Source: Candidatus Obscuribacteraceae bacterium (lineage in GTDB: Bacteria > Cyanobacteriota > Vampirovibrionia > Obscuribacterales > Obscuribacteraceae). Taken from it: DNA of 64,000 nt. Under the pieces are notes generated by a model. The model was not told the DNA's origin. It saw only the letters and a list, made by a program, of their open reading frames with translations, and did no database searches. Location of the stretch: positions 544,001 to 608,000 of the forward strand of contig JBGAHS010000003.1 in NCBI GenBank assembly GCA_044226015.1. The letters run 5' to 3'. The position numbers and the translations under genes are program-made. Shown in pieces: positions 29,301 to 39,600 of the stretch (position 1 is its first letter; every line of letters starts with the position of its first letter).

Positions 29301-29684
29301 TGCTGTTTTCTTGCTGGTCGACTTTTTACCGGTCGCTTTTTTGCTCGATGTTTTGGACTGAGCAAGCTTCTTATTAGCAGTCTTTTTAGCAGACAATCCT
29401 GATTTTTTTGCTTTGGCTTTCGGAGTAGTTTTCTTCTCAATCTTTTTTGCAACAGCTTTTGCTGCTGATTTTTTTACGGTCTTCTTGGACTCACGTTTTT
29501 TGGCAACAGGTTTGCTAGCTGTTTTTTTGCTTGCCGCTTTCTTGCTCGATACCTTTTTTGAGCCTGCTGCTTTATCGCTTTTTGCTTTTGTCGTTGCTTT
29601 CTTTCCAACAGATGAAGCTTTAGACGGCTTCTTCTTAGCGCTTTCTTTTTCCACTTTGCTGGATTTCTTTTTGTTTGTCTTCAT
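26346..29684 (-). CDS. M16 zinc protease (fused halves) with ~200-aa Lys/Ser/Ala-rich N-terminal extension
   Basis: HFLEHMMFKGT, NATTWFDRTNY, GLTYG; N-terminus of repeated KK..KK units. Confidence 0.93.
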   Translation of the reverse strand: MKTNKKKSSKVEKESAKKKPSKASSVGKKATTKAKSDKAAGSKKVSSKKAASKKTASKPVAKKRESKKTVKKSAAKAVAKKIEKKTTPKAKAKKSGLSAKKTANKKLAQSKTSSKKATGKKSTSKKTAAKQNSKAIKKVASKKTSAKKSTTRKLASKEAGKKSSSKKVSAKKSVAKFDSKKTSKKGQKSASGLTKKTASRSSKKSVPAISQVGASQMGVTEYRLANGLKVILAPNHSAPVVTYMQLFRVGSRDEGVGHTGATHFLEHMMFKGTKKFDPLNGLDSTELLNRIGAVSNATTWFDRTNYFEAVPAQYLEFCIKIEADRMRNLQLRESDRDAEMSVVRNELERGENSPDEAMEKEMYAIAYREHPYHHPTIGWRSDVENIPMERLKAFYDVFYWPNNCSVLIVGDFDTDKTLKLMEKYYGKIPGSPHPIPEVYTREPSQEGERRYKVSRVGDLKRVWIGHRTPASSHADHYAINVVSHLLGGSHDKGSRLYTALMDTGLTMDVACRHDELRDPALMIIAATLTQDAEPAEVEKIILGELEKLQTELVGDDELAPIRSANRKGSILARADQMELAFALGEAESRDTWRWLAEFDEKFEAVTPEDIRRVSSDYLVKENRTVGCFFPSSLEEEHCCDDDEHEHGADSSEEEELEATVSSGKAPKKKKVPILSAKELDKILSPAKAVKKASFSSQVQSRQLENGLRFIYMNNPGTGSIAVSMYVPAGNYFEPVDRHGVADVVSEMLTRGSEGLSKEQLAFTLKDLGLTEGLNLHTDAFAASLGNTVVKEDFGTYLQLLSRVLRTPLFLDSELHRLKQEWSARILEQKNNTGPMAMNRLYRELYPDGHLFHQIEFDEQSAQMQLLTQSDLRSFHEIYSPARAIVTVVGDIEFDTAFENVENTFGNWRGPVPREISIPPVDMPAEGKRIEIRMPDKSSMDILMGYPLPIKRKDAEFYPLHLANLALGGDTIIARLGKCVREENGLTYGIYSGLGDNVHGAAPWTVSLSVNPQNASRALSLVSEVLNNYKKTGISNDELQREATGAAGLFTVSMRSSMAIARVLTRFEVIGLGVEGVDRHVERLLSVRKTDVDQVIQKYLHPERMLTVLAGTF

Positions 29685-29701
29685 ATCAACCTCAAGGGAA
29701 A

Positions 29702-32440
29702 TTACTTAATTTTGGAAAGCGTTCCAGCCAGAACAGTTAGAGAGTTTGCAGGGCTTATGTATCTATGAAAAGCCTCTTCCACATCCTTCTTTTTCACAGC
29801 CATAAATTCATCTGCGATTCGGTCCATTGCTCCGATACCAAGACCTATGTATTCGAATCGGGTGAGAGCAGCGGCAATACCATCAGAACTTCTGAGGGAA
29901 ACAAGGAATGACCCTACTGCCCTTCCGGCTTCATCTTCGAGTTCTTCTTTGGATATTCCAGTCTTGATATAGTCTGTTAGAACTTCGTCAACCAATTGCA
30001 GAGCTTTGCTAACGTTTGCAGGATTCACAGAGAGACTGATCATCCAGGGAGTGCCACCGAATGAAGTGTCATCAAAGTAGCTGTATATTCCGTAAGTCAA
30101 ACCATGTTTTACTCGCAAGACTTTACCAAGCCTGGCGGAGATAGTGTCTTTGCCTAATGCAGCGTTTGCCAGTTGAGCGGCAAAAAAATCAGAGTTCTTG
30201 CGAGAAAGATTGGTGGTGTGCCCAATCAAGATGTCGACATTCGCTTTGTCATCCAAGTTGATCTCGACTTTTCGTTTCCCTTCGACCAGTGGCACATTGT
30301 CCACATGAATTTGTTTCACTTCGCTTCCGGTCCAGGAAGAAAAATTCTGAGTTAAAAGCTCTGTTGCATCTTCAACGGAAATGTCACCCACTACTGAAAT
30401 AACCGTGCCCGAAGGCGTGTAATGAGCAGAGTGAAAACTCTTCAAATGGTCAGTGTTGATATGCTCGAGTTCTTTCAATCTGTCCTCATAACTGGGCTCG
30501 TAAAATGGATGCCCTTGAGGATAGAGATTTTGCATCAGTGCGTTGCTCGCCCGACGCCCAGTGTCATTCATTCCACGAGTTAAGCCAGCTCGCATTTCTT
30601 TTTGCACGAGGGCAAACTCTTCTTCAGGAAACAATGGATTGCAAATCAGGTCGCGTATGACCGGCACCAATTTTGCAAAATCTTCTTTAGTGACTAGCGC
30701 ACCGAAGCCCACCTTGAAGCGATCTGCGCCAAAGCCAAATCTAATGCCCATCTCCTCAAGGGTTTGGGCCAGTGCTTGTTTTGAATAGTTCTGCGAACCT
30801 CGTGTAAGCATCGTCGCAGTGAGAGTTGAGAGCAGAGATTGTTCGTGCGAGGTAAAATAATCACCCGATGGAATTGCTCCATTAATGGCTACAGATCCAG
30901 TGCCTGGATTTTGAAGCAGCAGCAAAGTGAGTCCATTATCTAGAACTCGCTTAACGACCTTTTCCTCAAACTTCGATTCACTTGCGCCAGGCTTTGCTAT
31001 TTGAAGACGGTGTTTCTTGGGCGAAGCCTTCTTTGGCTTCGCCATTTTCTTTCCAGACTTCAATGGTTCATTGCCAGGTGGCATTGAGTCATAGTCCACT
31101 TCAAAGAGGGGTTTCTTTGCAGCAACATTTTTTTCAGATGGCAGAAAATGCCCAACTGTACGATTAGATTCATCAAAATAGGTTTTTGCAACACGCTGAA
31201 CATCTGCCGCACTGACTTTGTCGTAAAGATCATCATATTCAACCAGCCATTTCCAGGTCGCTACAGACTCTGCACCACAAAGCATGTTTGCAAAGGTTTG
31301 CGGATCTGCGCTACCAAGGACGGTGCCTTTTCGGTTAGCCGCTTTGACTCTGTGCAGCTCTTCGTCCTGAACTGGCTCTTCAGCGAGGCGTTTGATTTCA
31401 GCATAAATTGCCGCTTCAACTTCGCCAAAGGAATGACCCGGAGCAAGAGTGGCTCCGATGGTGAAAAGAAATGGGTCACGAAATTCGCCATTGCTGCAAT
31501 AAGCTGAACTAGCCAAACCTTTTTCCAGCAAAGCCTTGTGCAAGCGGCTAGAGCGCTTACCTGTATCACCCAAGATGGCATGCATGACAGAAAGCGCATA
31601 GGTGTCTGGATGCAGCGCCTCTGGAGTGTGGTAAGCGATGAGCAATTGAGGCAAATCTCCAGCCCTACGCAGTTCCACTCGCCTTTCACCTTCCTGTGGA
31701 GGCTCAAAGGTATAGACTTCAGGAATTGCATGCTTCGAAGCTGGAATTTTTCCAAATTCAGCATGAATCATCTTCAGCGTCTGCTCAGCATTGAAGTCAC
31801 CTACAACGATTACTGTTGCGTTGTTTGGCCAGTAATATGTGTCATAAAATTCCTTCAGCTTCTCGAGCGGTACGCGCTCAACATCAGACCGCCATCCAAT
31901 CGTCGGATGGTGATAAGGGTGCTCGCGAAATGCAAGTGCACTGACTTCCTTTGAAAGAGCGCTGCCCGGGCTATTTTCCCCGCGCTCAAACTCATTGCGA
32001 ACAACCGTCATTTCTGAATTTCTGTCCTCGGCTCGCAAATTCAAATTGCGCATGCGGTCGGCTTCGAACTTAATGCATAAATCCAAATATTCAGAGGGGA
32101 CACACTCAAAATAATTTGTTCGGTCTAGCCATGTAGTTGCGTTAAGAAGCGCACCAATTCGACTGAATGTTTCCATAACGCCAGTTCCATCAGCTGGGTT
32201 ATATTTCTTGGTACCTTTGAACATCATGTGTTCAAGAAAATGAGTTGAGCCTGTGTAACCAACAGCCTCGTTACGACTTCCGACTCTATAAACAACCATG
32301 AAAGAGACGACAGGTGCGCTGTGGTTTTCGCGCAGAAGAATCTTCAGACCATTCTTCATCCTATATTCGACGATGCCTGCTGCCTCTTCGATTTTCTTGA
32401 TACCGTGGGTGGAAAGCGAGAATTTTGCTTTGGTTGCCAT
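29702..32440 (-). CDS. M16 zinc protease (fused halves), tandem paralog
   Basis: HFLEHMMFKGT, NATTWLDRTNY, HPYHHPTIGW, GLTYG. Confidence 0.95.
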   Translation of the reverse strand: MATKAKFSLSTHGIKKIEEAAGIVEYRMKNGLKILLRENHSAPVVSFMVVYRVGSRNEAVGYTGSTHFLEHMMFKGTKKYNPADGTGVMETFSRIGALLNATTWLDRTNYFECVPSEYLDLCIKFEADRMRNLNLRAEDRNSEMTVVRNEFERGENSPGSALSKEVSALAFREHPYHHPTIGWRSDVERVPLEKLKEFYDTYYWPNNATVIVVGDFNAEQTLKMIHAEFGKIPASKHAIPEVYTFEPPQEGERRVELRRAGDLPQLLIAYHTPEALHPDTYALSVMHAILGDTGKRSSRLHKALLEKGLASSAYCSNGEFRDPFLFTIGATLAPGHSFGEVEAAIYAEIKRLAEEPVQDEELHRVKAANRKGTVLGSADPQTFANMLCGAESVATWKWLVEYDDLYDKVSAADVQRVAKTYFDESNRTVGHFLPSEKNVAAKKPLFEVDYDSMPPGNEPLKSGKKMAKPKKASPKKHRLQIAKPGASESKFEEKVVKRVLDNGLTLLLLQNPGTGSVAINGAIPSGDYFTSHEQSLLSTLTATMLTRGSQNYSKQALAQTLEEMGIRFGFGADRFKVGFGALVTKEDFAKLVPVIRDLICNPLFPEEEFALVQKEMRAGLTRGMNDTGRRASNALMQNLYPQGHPFYEPSYEDRLKELEHINTDHLKSFHSAHYTPSGTVISVVGDISVEDATELLTQNFSSWTGSEVKQIHVDNVPLVEGKRKVEINLDDKANVDILIGHTTNLSRKNSDFFAAQLANAALGKDTISARLGKVLRVKHGLTYGIYSYFDDTSFGGTPWMISLSVNPANVSKALQLVDEVLTDYIKTGISKEELEDEAGRAVGSFLVSLRSSDGIAAALTRFEYIGLGIGAMDRIADEFMAVKKKDVEEAFHRYISPANSLTVLAGTLSKIK

Positions 32441-32657
32441 GAGTTATTCCTTGCGTCGAACCCTCTATTTTATGGCAACTGACTACCTATAACTGATCAG
32501 AACAACCAGAAAAGGCAAAACTGCAAAATGAACAACACGACGGAAGCGAAAGGAACGAATAAATGGAAGAAAAAGCAAGTTGGTCTTTGATAAAGAGTAG
32601 ATCGAAACTTGAATCGGGGGTGAATACATACACTATACGTGATAATAGTATCGCGAC

Positions 32658-32693
32658 AAAAACCGAAACAGGAGAGTAGCTCTCCTGTCTCGG
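32658..32693 (-). terminator. Intrinsic terminator
   Basis: ccgagacaggagag-cta-ctctcctgtttcgg followed by ttttt on the minus strand. Confidence 0.8.
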
Positions 32694-32727
32694 CGACCAA
32701 TCAGCCGAAGCTAATCAGCCAGACGGC

Positions 32728-34173
32728 TCAGCGACGCGGAACGACGACGGCAGGACCGTCATCATCGCCAGTCACCACAGCCGGGGACTTGCGCTTGCTC
32801 GGAACGACGACCGGCGGGTCATCGTCCGTGTTCACGACCGGCGGCTTCTTCTTGCTCGGAACCACGACCGGCGGATCCTCGCCGTTCGGCTTCACGACGA
32901 CGACATCCGGACGACGCAGGGTGCCCGGAGCCTTGATGACCACGACGCTCGAGTCGTTCACGACATCACCGTCGAAGGCGATGACGTAGATGCGCCCATC
33001 GACCAGGATGGTCCACATCTTGTAGGACTCGTTGTAGGTCGCGATCTGCGTGTCCTGCATGTAGTACTCGACCACCTGGAAGTTCTCCGTGTGGCGCCAG
33101 TACTTACGCACCGACACGAGGACCGAGCGGCTGTCCGACGAAAGCGACAGCGGCTCGACATTCACCGAAACCAGCGGGTCGCTGTAGTCGATCTTGAACG
33201 AACGCGAGCCGCCGTTCACGACCGGGCGCGAATTGAGCTGAACGACATCGTCGCTGCCCATGCGCACGCGGTAGAGCTTGTTGTCGACCCACGCCATGTA
33301 GGCGTTCTGCTCGGGAACGAAGGTCGCGTTGGTGACCTCGCGAATCGTGTAGCGCAGCCGCTGGAAGTTCTCCTCGTGCACATAATCACGATTCACGAAG
33401 AGAGTGCGATTGCGACCACCGAACGAAGACGAACCCGCGGTGACGGTGGGGTCATAGGAGACCTCACGGTCGCCGTTGGAAATCAGCCCGTTGCGCACGC
33501 CGATGTTGGCGGTCGGCTTCTCGCGCAGGTTCTCGACCTGGCCGGCGGCGTTGATGCGGTAGAGGCGATTGCCCACCCACACCATGTGAGCCGACTGCTC
33601 GTTGACGAACGTCGCCGTGCTCGAGCTGTCGACGGTGTACGAGACATCATTGTAGGTCTCGGGATGGATGTAGCGGTAGGTGATGTTCACCCCGCGCGAC
33701 TGTCCATCCGCCGACACCGCACCGGCGCCGACACCGATGACATCGCCGCGATCGCTCTGCGACATCATGACGTTCTGCTTGCCGATGTCCACCGTGGGAC
33801 GGTCGGCGGCGACGCCGACGTTGCTGCCCTTGGTGAAGCGGTACATCGACCCGTCCGCGTCCTTGTAACGCCAATCGCTGAGGCGACCGACGAACTCGGC
33901 GGTGCCCGGCGTCTTGATCTGGTAGGACTGGTCGTTCTGCCAGAACCAGCGCTTGTGCAGGTAGCTGGTCGTCACGTTGACGGGCAGGGACTGCGCGCCA
34001 TCGGTGGGGGTCTGCGCGGCGACCACTTCCCGCTTCAGGACCTGGTCCGCGGAGTCGACCTTCTCGGTACGCATTCCGAGTTCATCGACCTTGGCGTAGC
34101 TCGGCGTGCTCACCGAAACCATGGCGAGAGCCGCGAACGCTGCAAACGCAACGTTCCTCAGAGACTTCATCAT
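32728..34173 (-). CDS. Secreted protein with four internal ~90-aa beta-rich repeats and Pro/Val-rich tail repeats
   Basis: Signal peptide ending PSYA; repeats with Y.H.E.[FY]...Y...A.F......V...LYR; GAGG RBS. Confidence 0.85.
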   Translation of the reverse strand: MMKSLRNVAFAAFAALAMVSVSTPSYAKVDELGMRTEKVDSADQVLKREVVAAQTPTDGAQSLPVNVTTSYLHKRWFWQNDQSYQIKTPGTAEFVGRLSDWRYKDADGSMYRFTKGSNVGVAADRPTVDIGKQNVMMSQSDRGDVIGVGAGAVSADGQSRGVNITYRYIHPETYNDVSYTVDSSSTATFVNEQSAHMVWVGNRLYRINAAGQVENLREKPTANIGVRNGLISNGDREVSYDPTVTAGSSSFGGRNRTLFVNRDYVHEENFQRLRYTIREVTNATFVPEQNAYMAWVDNKLYRVRMGSDDVVQLNSRPVVNGGSRSFKIDYSDPLVSVNVEPLSLSSDSRSVLVSVRKYWRHTENFQVVEYYMQDTQIATYNESYKMWTILVDGRIYVIAFDGDVVNDSSVVVIKAPGTLRRPDVVVVKPNGEDPPVVVPSKKKPPVVNTDDDPPVVVPSKRKSPAVVTGDDDGPAVVVPRR

Positions 34174-34217
34174 TGCTAACCTCTCAGATTACGGTTGAAA
34201 CGTTGTCGGCGCCGGGA

Positions 34218-34655
34218 TCAGCTGCGATCCGCGACCTGGACTTCCTTGGTGACGAGCTTGCCGTCCTTCATGAACGCCTGGGCGACGTAGTCCATCGTCG
34301 TGTTGGAGAACGCGACGGTGTCCTGGTAGGTGGCGCTGACCACGAGTCCGTCGTCGCCGTAGAGCGAGAAGACGTAAGCCGCGACCTCGAACATGGCGGC
34401 GATGCGCCGGGTCGGGGTGCTGAGGGCGATGCCGGTGGCGAACTGGCCGATGTCCGACACGTTGCCGACGTACCTGGAGTTGCTCTTCTGCGCCGGCTCG
34501 ATGGTCTGAATGACGTTGCCCGACCTGTCGGAAATCGAGACGGACACCAGCACCTGATGCTGCTCGCGCGACTCGGTACGGAATCCGGCGGCGATGCGGT
34601 TCTGCAGAGCGGTGAAGCTGTCGAGCAGAGAACGCGTCTGGCTGGGAGTGAACAT
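34218..34655 (-). CDS. Hypothetical protein
   Basis: 145 codons, same GC-rich codon bias as the downstream gene, AAGGA RBS. Confidence 0.75.
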   Translation of the reverse strand: MFTPSQTRSLLDSFTALQNRIAAGFRTESREQHQVLVSVSISDRSGNVIQTIEPAQKSNSRYVGNVSDIGQFATGIALSTPTRRIAAMFEVAAYVFSLYGDDGLVVSATYQDTVAFSNTTMDYVAQAFMKDGKLVTKEVQVADRS

Positions 34656-35072
34656 TGATGTGATCCTTGTCTGTAGGTTGGAGCTGAGCTCCGGTACCCT
34701 CAAGCCTGATGGGGTCAAGAGGGATGGTGATACCTGTATCTCCCGTGAGCGCTGATATTGGTGAAAAAAACTAGATTTTGTTGGCGAAGCGCTCAAGAAA
34801 CGGGAATAAAACAGGACTGCTCTGACTATATGAAAACTGCGGCTATTTTTTTACGCTCTCTCTTGGCCCGGTTTCACCGTGAAACACAGCAAGGACGGAT
34901 ACTTTGAGAACGAATACCGTTTTTCTCGAAAAAGCATTTCAAAAAAAACTAGTGTCATCAAGCTCTCATCGTTGTGTACTTCTGTGTTTCATAATTGTGC
35001 AGTTTGGCCCAAAACAGCCTCGAAGCAAAGCTCGCAGAGCTTGTATCTTTTCTTCACAATTCAGCCTCGCGC

Positions 35073-35168
35073 GAACTTAGTGCAACGTAACCCGAAGGGC
35101 TCCTACGACTGCGTCTAAGGCCAATGCTCCGTAACGCATTGTTTCCACGGGCGACTTTGCATAAGTTC
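35073..35168 (-). other. Candidate intergenic structured RNA (three-way junction)
   Basis: gaactta(g)tgcaa/ttgcataagttc closing stem, cccg/cggg, two internal hairpins; strand uncertain. Confidence 0.4.
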
Positions 35169-35392
35169 AAAACGCATATATTTAGCCCCAAGAAAAACCA
35201 CAAAAGACTTCCAACACCAACAAATCCGCCCCAGCCAAATCCCATCAACGTGACTTCCAGTCACCCGAGCGCCTGAGCCTCGTCGGATAAACGCTGACAA
35301 TCGAAACGCCATGAGTTCACACTCGTGGATTTCAGTATTCGGATTGAGGCGCAAGGAGGTTCTTGTGGGTTTTCGCTCGCGAGGAACGACAA

Positions 35393-35698
35393 ATGAGCCA
35401 ACCTACAGAAAACAACGCCAACAATGGAGCACTGGGTGAATACTTAGCCGCGGAGTTGATTGCGATTATCCACGAACGTTCACAGGAAACACAGGGAAAA
35501 CTCGAAAGAAAAGCCAAAGCGGAAATCAGGATTATCCGCAAGCTTTCCACTGAGTTTTCGCAAGAAGTGGCCAAACGAAACATAGAAACACCAGTAGCGG
35601 ATGAATCTGAAGCTACTCCAGCCGTCAAAGAAGAGACATCTTTTCAAAAGGGTGAGCTCTTTCGTTTTGACAGACTGAATAGCATTTTCGGCTGGTAA
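35393..35698 (+). CDS. Hypothetical protein
   Basis: 101 codons, GAGG RBS, followed by a terminator. Confidence 0.65.
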   Translation: MSQPTENNANNGALGEYLAAELIAIIHERSQETQGKLERKAKAEIRIIRKLSTEFSQEVAKRNIETPVADESEATPAVKEETSFQKGELFRFDRLNSIFGW

Positions 35699-35740
35699 CT
35701 AGCGATGGAAACCTGCATATGCAGTGATGATCTCTAGTAT

Positions 35741-35780
35741 AAGCACAAAAAGGTGGGACCAATTCCCACCTTTTTTGCTT
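35741..35780. terminator. Bidirectional intrinsic terminator
   Basis: aaaaaggtggga-ccaat-tcccacctttttt between convergent genes. Confidence 0.85.
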
Positions 35781-35852
35781 TAGCTTTTACTACTACGATG
35801 ATTAGTATTACATTGACTAATCGAAGGAATCTATCCAAGAAAAACCGATGGC

Positions 35853-36254
35853 TCAGTTAGCCTTCTTAGGCACAACGTCATAGTTGTAACTGGCATCCGG
35901 ATTGTCCTTTTTCAAAACCAGATTCAGCCCTTTATCTGCTTTCTCAAGCTTTCTTACTTCCTCAAGAAACCTGTCAGTTGTTTTGATGTTGTCGTTAGCA
36001 CAATAACCATAAGGGTTTTCTTGTGAGAAGCCTTGCAAGGCTCCATATGGTGCACATGCCTTATCAGCACTGGGGGCATTCTTGCTCAAGTTGTCTTCAA
36101 CAGCCATGAAAAGCCTCATCGAAGCGCCCTGACGTTGAGATTCCGGATCATTCGGAAATTCCTTTGCAGCGCCAAAATCAAGATAATCAGCAACGCTTTT
36201 TGCACTGAATTCGTCATTCTTTGAGCTTGCTTTGCTCACGATATTGTCACCCAT
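35853..36254 (-). CDS. Hypothetical protein
   Basis: 133 codons after a strong GGAGGAG RBS. Confidence 0.7.
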   Translation of the reverse strand: MGDNIVSKASSKNDEFSAKSVADYLDFGAAKEFPNDPESQRQGASMRLFMAVEDNLSKNAPSADKACAPYGALQGFSQENPYGYCANDNIKTTDRFLEEVRKLEKADKGLNLVLKKDNPDASYNYDVVPKKAN

Positions 36255-36666
36255 GCCCGCGTCTCCTCCGATTTGTGATTCCATCTTAAAGTGACTCACG
36301 TGCGAGACACGTGCAAATTCAAATTTTTCTTGTTCCAGCACGCTGAGAAAAATTGTAGTGCGCATAACAAAAGAACAATGCCAATAGAAGCGCTGAATGT
36401 CTTGGATTTGTGCTTCCGAAAGTCGACGATAGAAAGAGTTAGAGCTCAAAGCATACATAACCATTAGAATTAACCTCACGCCGGAGAGGGGAATTCCCCC
36501 AAAACATAGAATTCGCAACCATTTCGGGCAATCAAGAGCCGAAGCGACGAAATGCGAATTTCATGTAAGTTTTCGCCTACTTTTCCTCCAACACTTGTCA
36601 AAATTTTCAAGTCGACGAAATCCACCTGGATTTGGTTGACAGCGGGTATTTTCTGGAGGATCCCTC

Positions 36667-39600
36667 ATGCGGGCAAAAACACTTCGTCAAAGTAAGTCTT
36701 CTTTTACTCTCACTGCTTTGACAATTGCATTAGCACACACAGTGCCAGTAGCTGCAGCAGAGCGACCCGGAGCGAGCGCCCCTCTTCCGAATTTGAATCT
36801 GCTTTCCCAAAATCGCAACGTCAAAGCTCCAGATACGATGAATGCGCCTGTAAGCATCATCGAAGGCGGGCACAATGTCACCGTTACTCCCGGTATGCTG
36901 CTAACACCAGCCCAGGCAGTAGCCGTCAGTCAGATACTCAGTGGTGGCACCCAGACGCTGAATCTCAGCACGCTTGGCACCGCAGTTAGTGGGTCTGCGT
37001 TGATCCAAGCGCAAAATTACTCTTCGCTGGTAGTTCCTAAAGGCGTGACTTTAATCGGCGATGTTAGCAGTGGCAACAATATTAGCGTTGCTGGACAACT
37101 AAGCAACTCCGGTACAATCTACGCATTTTCGAATAATGCCACAGTGCCCGGAGCAGTTCTAGCGGCGATGAACATTAGCAACTCGGGAGGAGCATTAATC
37201 TCCACCGTTCTTCCTTCTGGTGGGCTCAGCGGCGCAAACAATGCAATTTCCGGGCTCAATTTGACACTTATGTCCGCTGGTCTCAGCAACCATGGCGTTA
37301 TCTCGAGTGCAGGCAATCTGAATCTCGTTGGAACTAACGCCTCTTACACCATCAACAACACAGGCGGAACCATGCAAGCCGCCTCTGCCATCAATATCTC
37401 GTCACTGGCAAGCGCTGCCAACATTGCCGTACTGGGCGGAAACTGGTTCAGCCCTGTTATGAACGCAAACGCCTATGGTGGCAACATTGATGTAAATGTG
37501 AATCAGCTTACCGGGCTGCTAAACATCAGCGCCGCAAACGCCCACGTGATGGCTCAAACCGAGAATTTGAATCTGGGCAACATGAACATCACTGATGACC
37601 CGACATTCTTCAACCTGAACAACATCACTTTTACCGGAGACGTTAACACTATAAATGAAGCGTTGACAATAATTGCCGGAGGCAACATCAATCTCGGTAC
37701 ATTTAAGTTCAATACCAATCAAAACGGAACTGCAGCAACAGGTTTTCCCATTACGATAGTTGCTGGCGCAAACATTGTTCCACCTCTGGCAAGCCCCGAC
37801 TCGTCTGTCGGTCCAATTACCAGCGGCGTAGTCAAAGTTACACCAAGCGCGCTGAGCGGCGGAGGCTCCGCATCTGGCGGAAACATCACTTGCACCACCT
37901 GTGCTATTAGTTCGGCATCAACAGGAAGTATTGCCGGTGGAAAGATTCTTCTTGCCGCCTACTCTGGGGGAAGCAACGCTGGTAGCATCAATTTGGGCAC
38001 CGGTTCAATTGATAGCAGCTCTGTTAATGGAGCAGCTGGCGACATCACGATAATTGCGCCTGGTGGAATTACACTTGGGGGCTCTCTCAATGCAACTGGT
38101 AGCGGTTCTCCAAAGATATCGATTAGCAGCGCCAATCCGACAGGTACACTTCAAGCAGCGGTAAACGGAGCTGTAAGTGGCACGCTGACAAATAAAAGCC
38201 TGGCAAATAGTCCAATCAGCACAAACTTCTCGTCTTTCACTGCCCCTTCCGGAATAGTGACCTACACGGCAGGCACTGCGAAAATATCGCTAAGTGGACT
38301 GATGACGATTTCAGGATTATTGGGCACTGGCAAAGCCGGAGGCTCTCTTACTGTAACTAATACAAACAGCGCAATCGAACTTGGCTCGGCCCAGAACCTT
38401 TCACTCAATGCCTCCGGTGGGTCCGGATCAACCGGGGCAGTCGGCAAAGCGGGTGGAGTCGGCGGTGCCGGCGGTAACATAAGCTTCAATGCAATAAATG
38501 GAACAGTCACAAACTCAGGCGGATTCACAAACTTCATAGCAGCTGTAGGTGCTTCTGGGGGAACCGGTGGATCGAACGCGAACGGCGCGCCAGGCGGCGC
38601 CGGCGGCGCTGGCGGGAAAGGCGGTAGCATCACTATTACCGCAAGCGATATAAACCTGACAGTCGGAGGAGCTAGCTCATCCTTTAACGTCGGGGGCGGC
38701 TCAGGAAACTTCGGCGGCACTGGCGGCACCGGCACAGTTACAGGAAGCAAAGGAAACACTGGTGGCACGGGCGGTGCTGGCGGCATCGGCGGTGCCGCTG
38801 GCGTCATCACACTGAAGAACACCTCCACTGGAGCAGGCACCTTCAATGTCCCTGTACTGCTAGCAGACGGTGGACTCGGCGGCATCGGTGGAGCAGCAGG
38901 GGTAGGCGGCTTTGCAAGCAACCCTGGAAACAACGGCACTTCTGGTGCTGGTGGCAGCGGCGGTATCGGTGGAACGATAACGCTCAGCACCGAAAAGACC
39001 AGCACGACAGCAATCAAACTCGAAGGAAACATCTCTGCTCAAGGAGGCGTAGGTTCCTTTGTCGCACTTAGTTCCCCGGGAATAACTGGCAATAATGGTG
39101 GTGCAGGGACTTCCGCTGGAAAGAGTGGGTCTGGCGGTGCCGGCGGAAAAATCAATATTACAGGCAACAATAAGATCTCCCTTGCAACAGTCGTATTAGA
39201 TAGCACTGGTGGAGCCGGCGGAACAGCTGGCGCAGGTGGAACTGGCGGAAGCGGAATAACCGGAATCGGCGGAACTGGCGGAAACGGTGGACAGGGTGGC
39301 AATGGCGGTACAGGCGGTAGCATCATCATCAGCTCAACTGGAGGAGACATTGCTCCCCTGGCCGCCAACGATTTCACTATCTTGAGCAACGGCGGCAGCG
39401 CGGGTTCGGCTCTAACTGCATTTGGGGGCACTGGAGCACCTGGTCTTCTGGGCGGTGGAGCTGGTGGAAAGGGAGGATCGGCCGGCAATTCGGGCGCAGG
39501 TGGAAGCATAACAATCAGCAGCAGCGCCAACATCAGCCTGGGTCAAACCAACAGTAGCATTGTATCGGCAGTGGGCGGACCGCTTGCCTCACAGAACGGT

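Noticed and set aside
35100..35150. c-di-GMP-II riboswitch (TGGAAACAAT here; GGGCACTTG in the 21.1 kb repeat)
   Set aside because: Only isolated fragments match; the kink-turn and the AGUAGUGCAACC 3' element are missing
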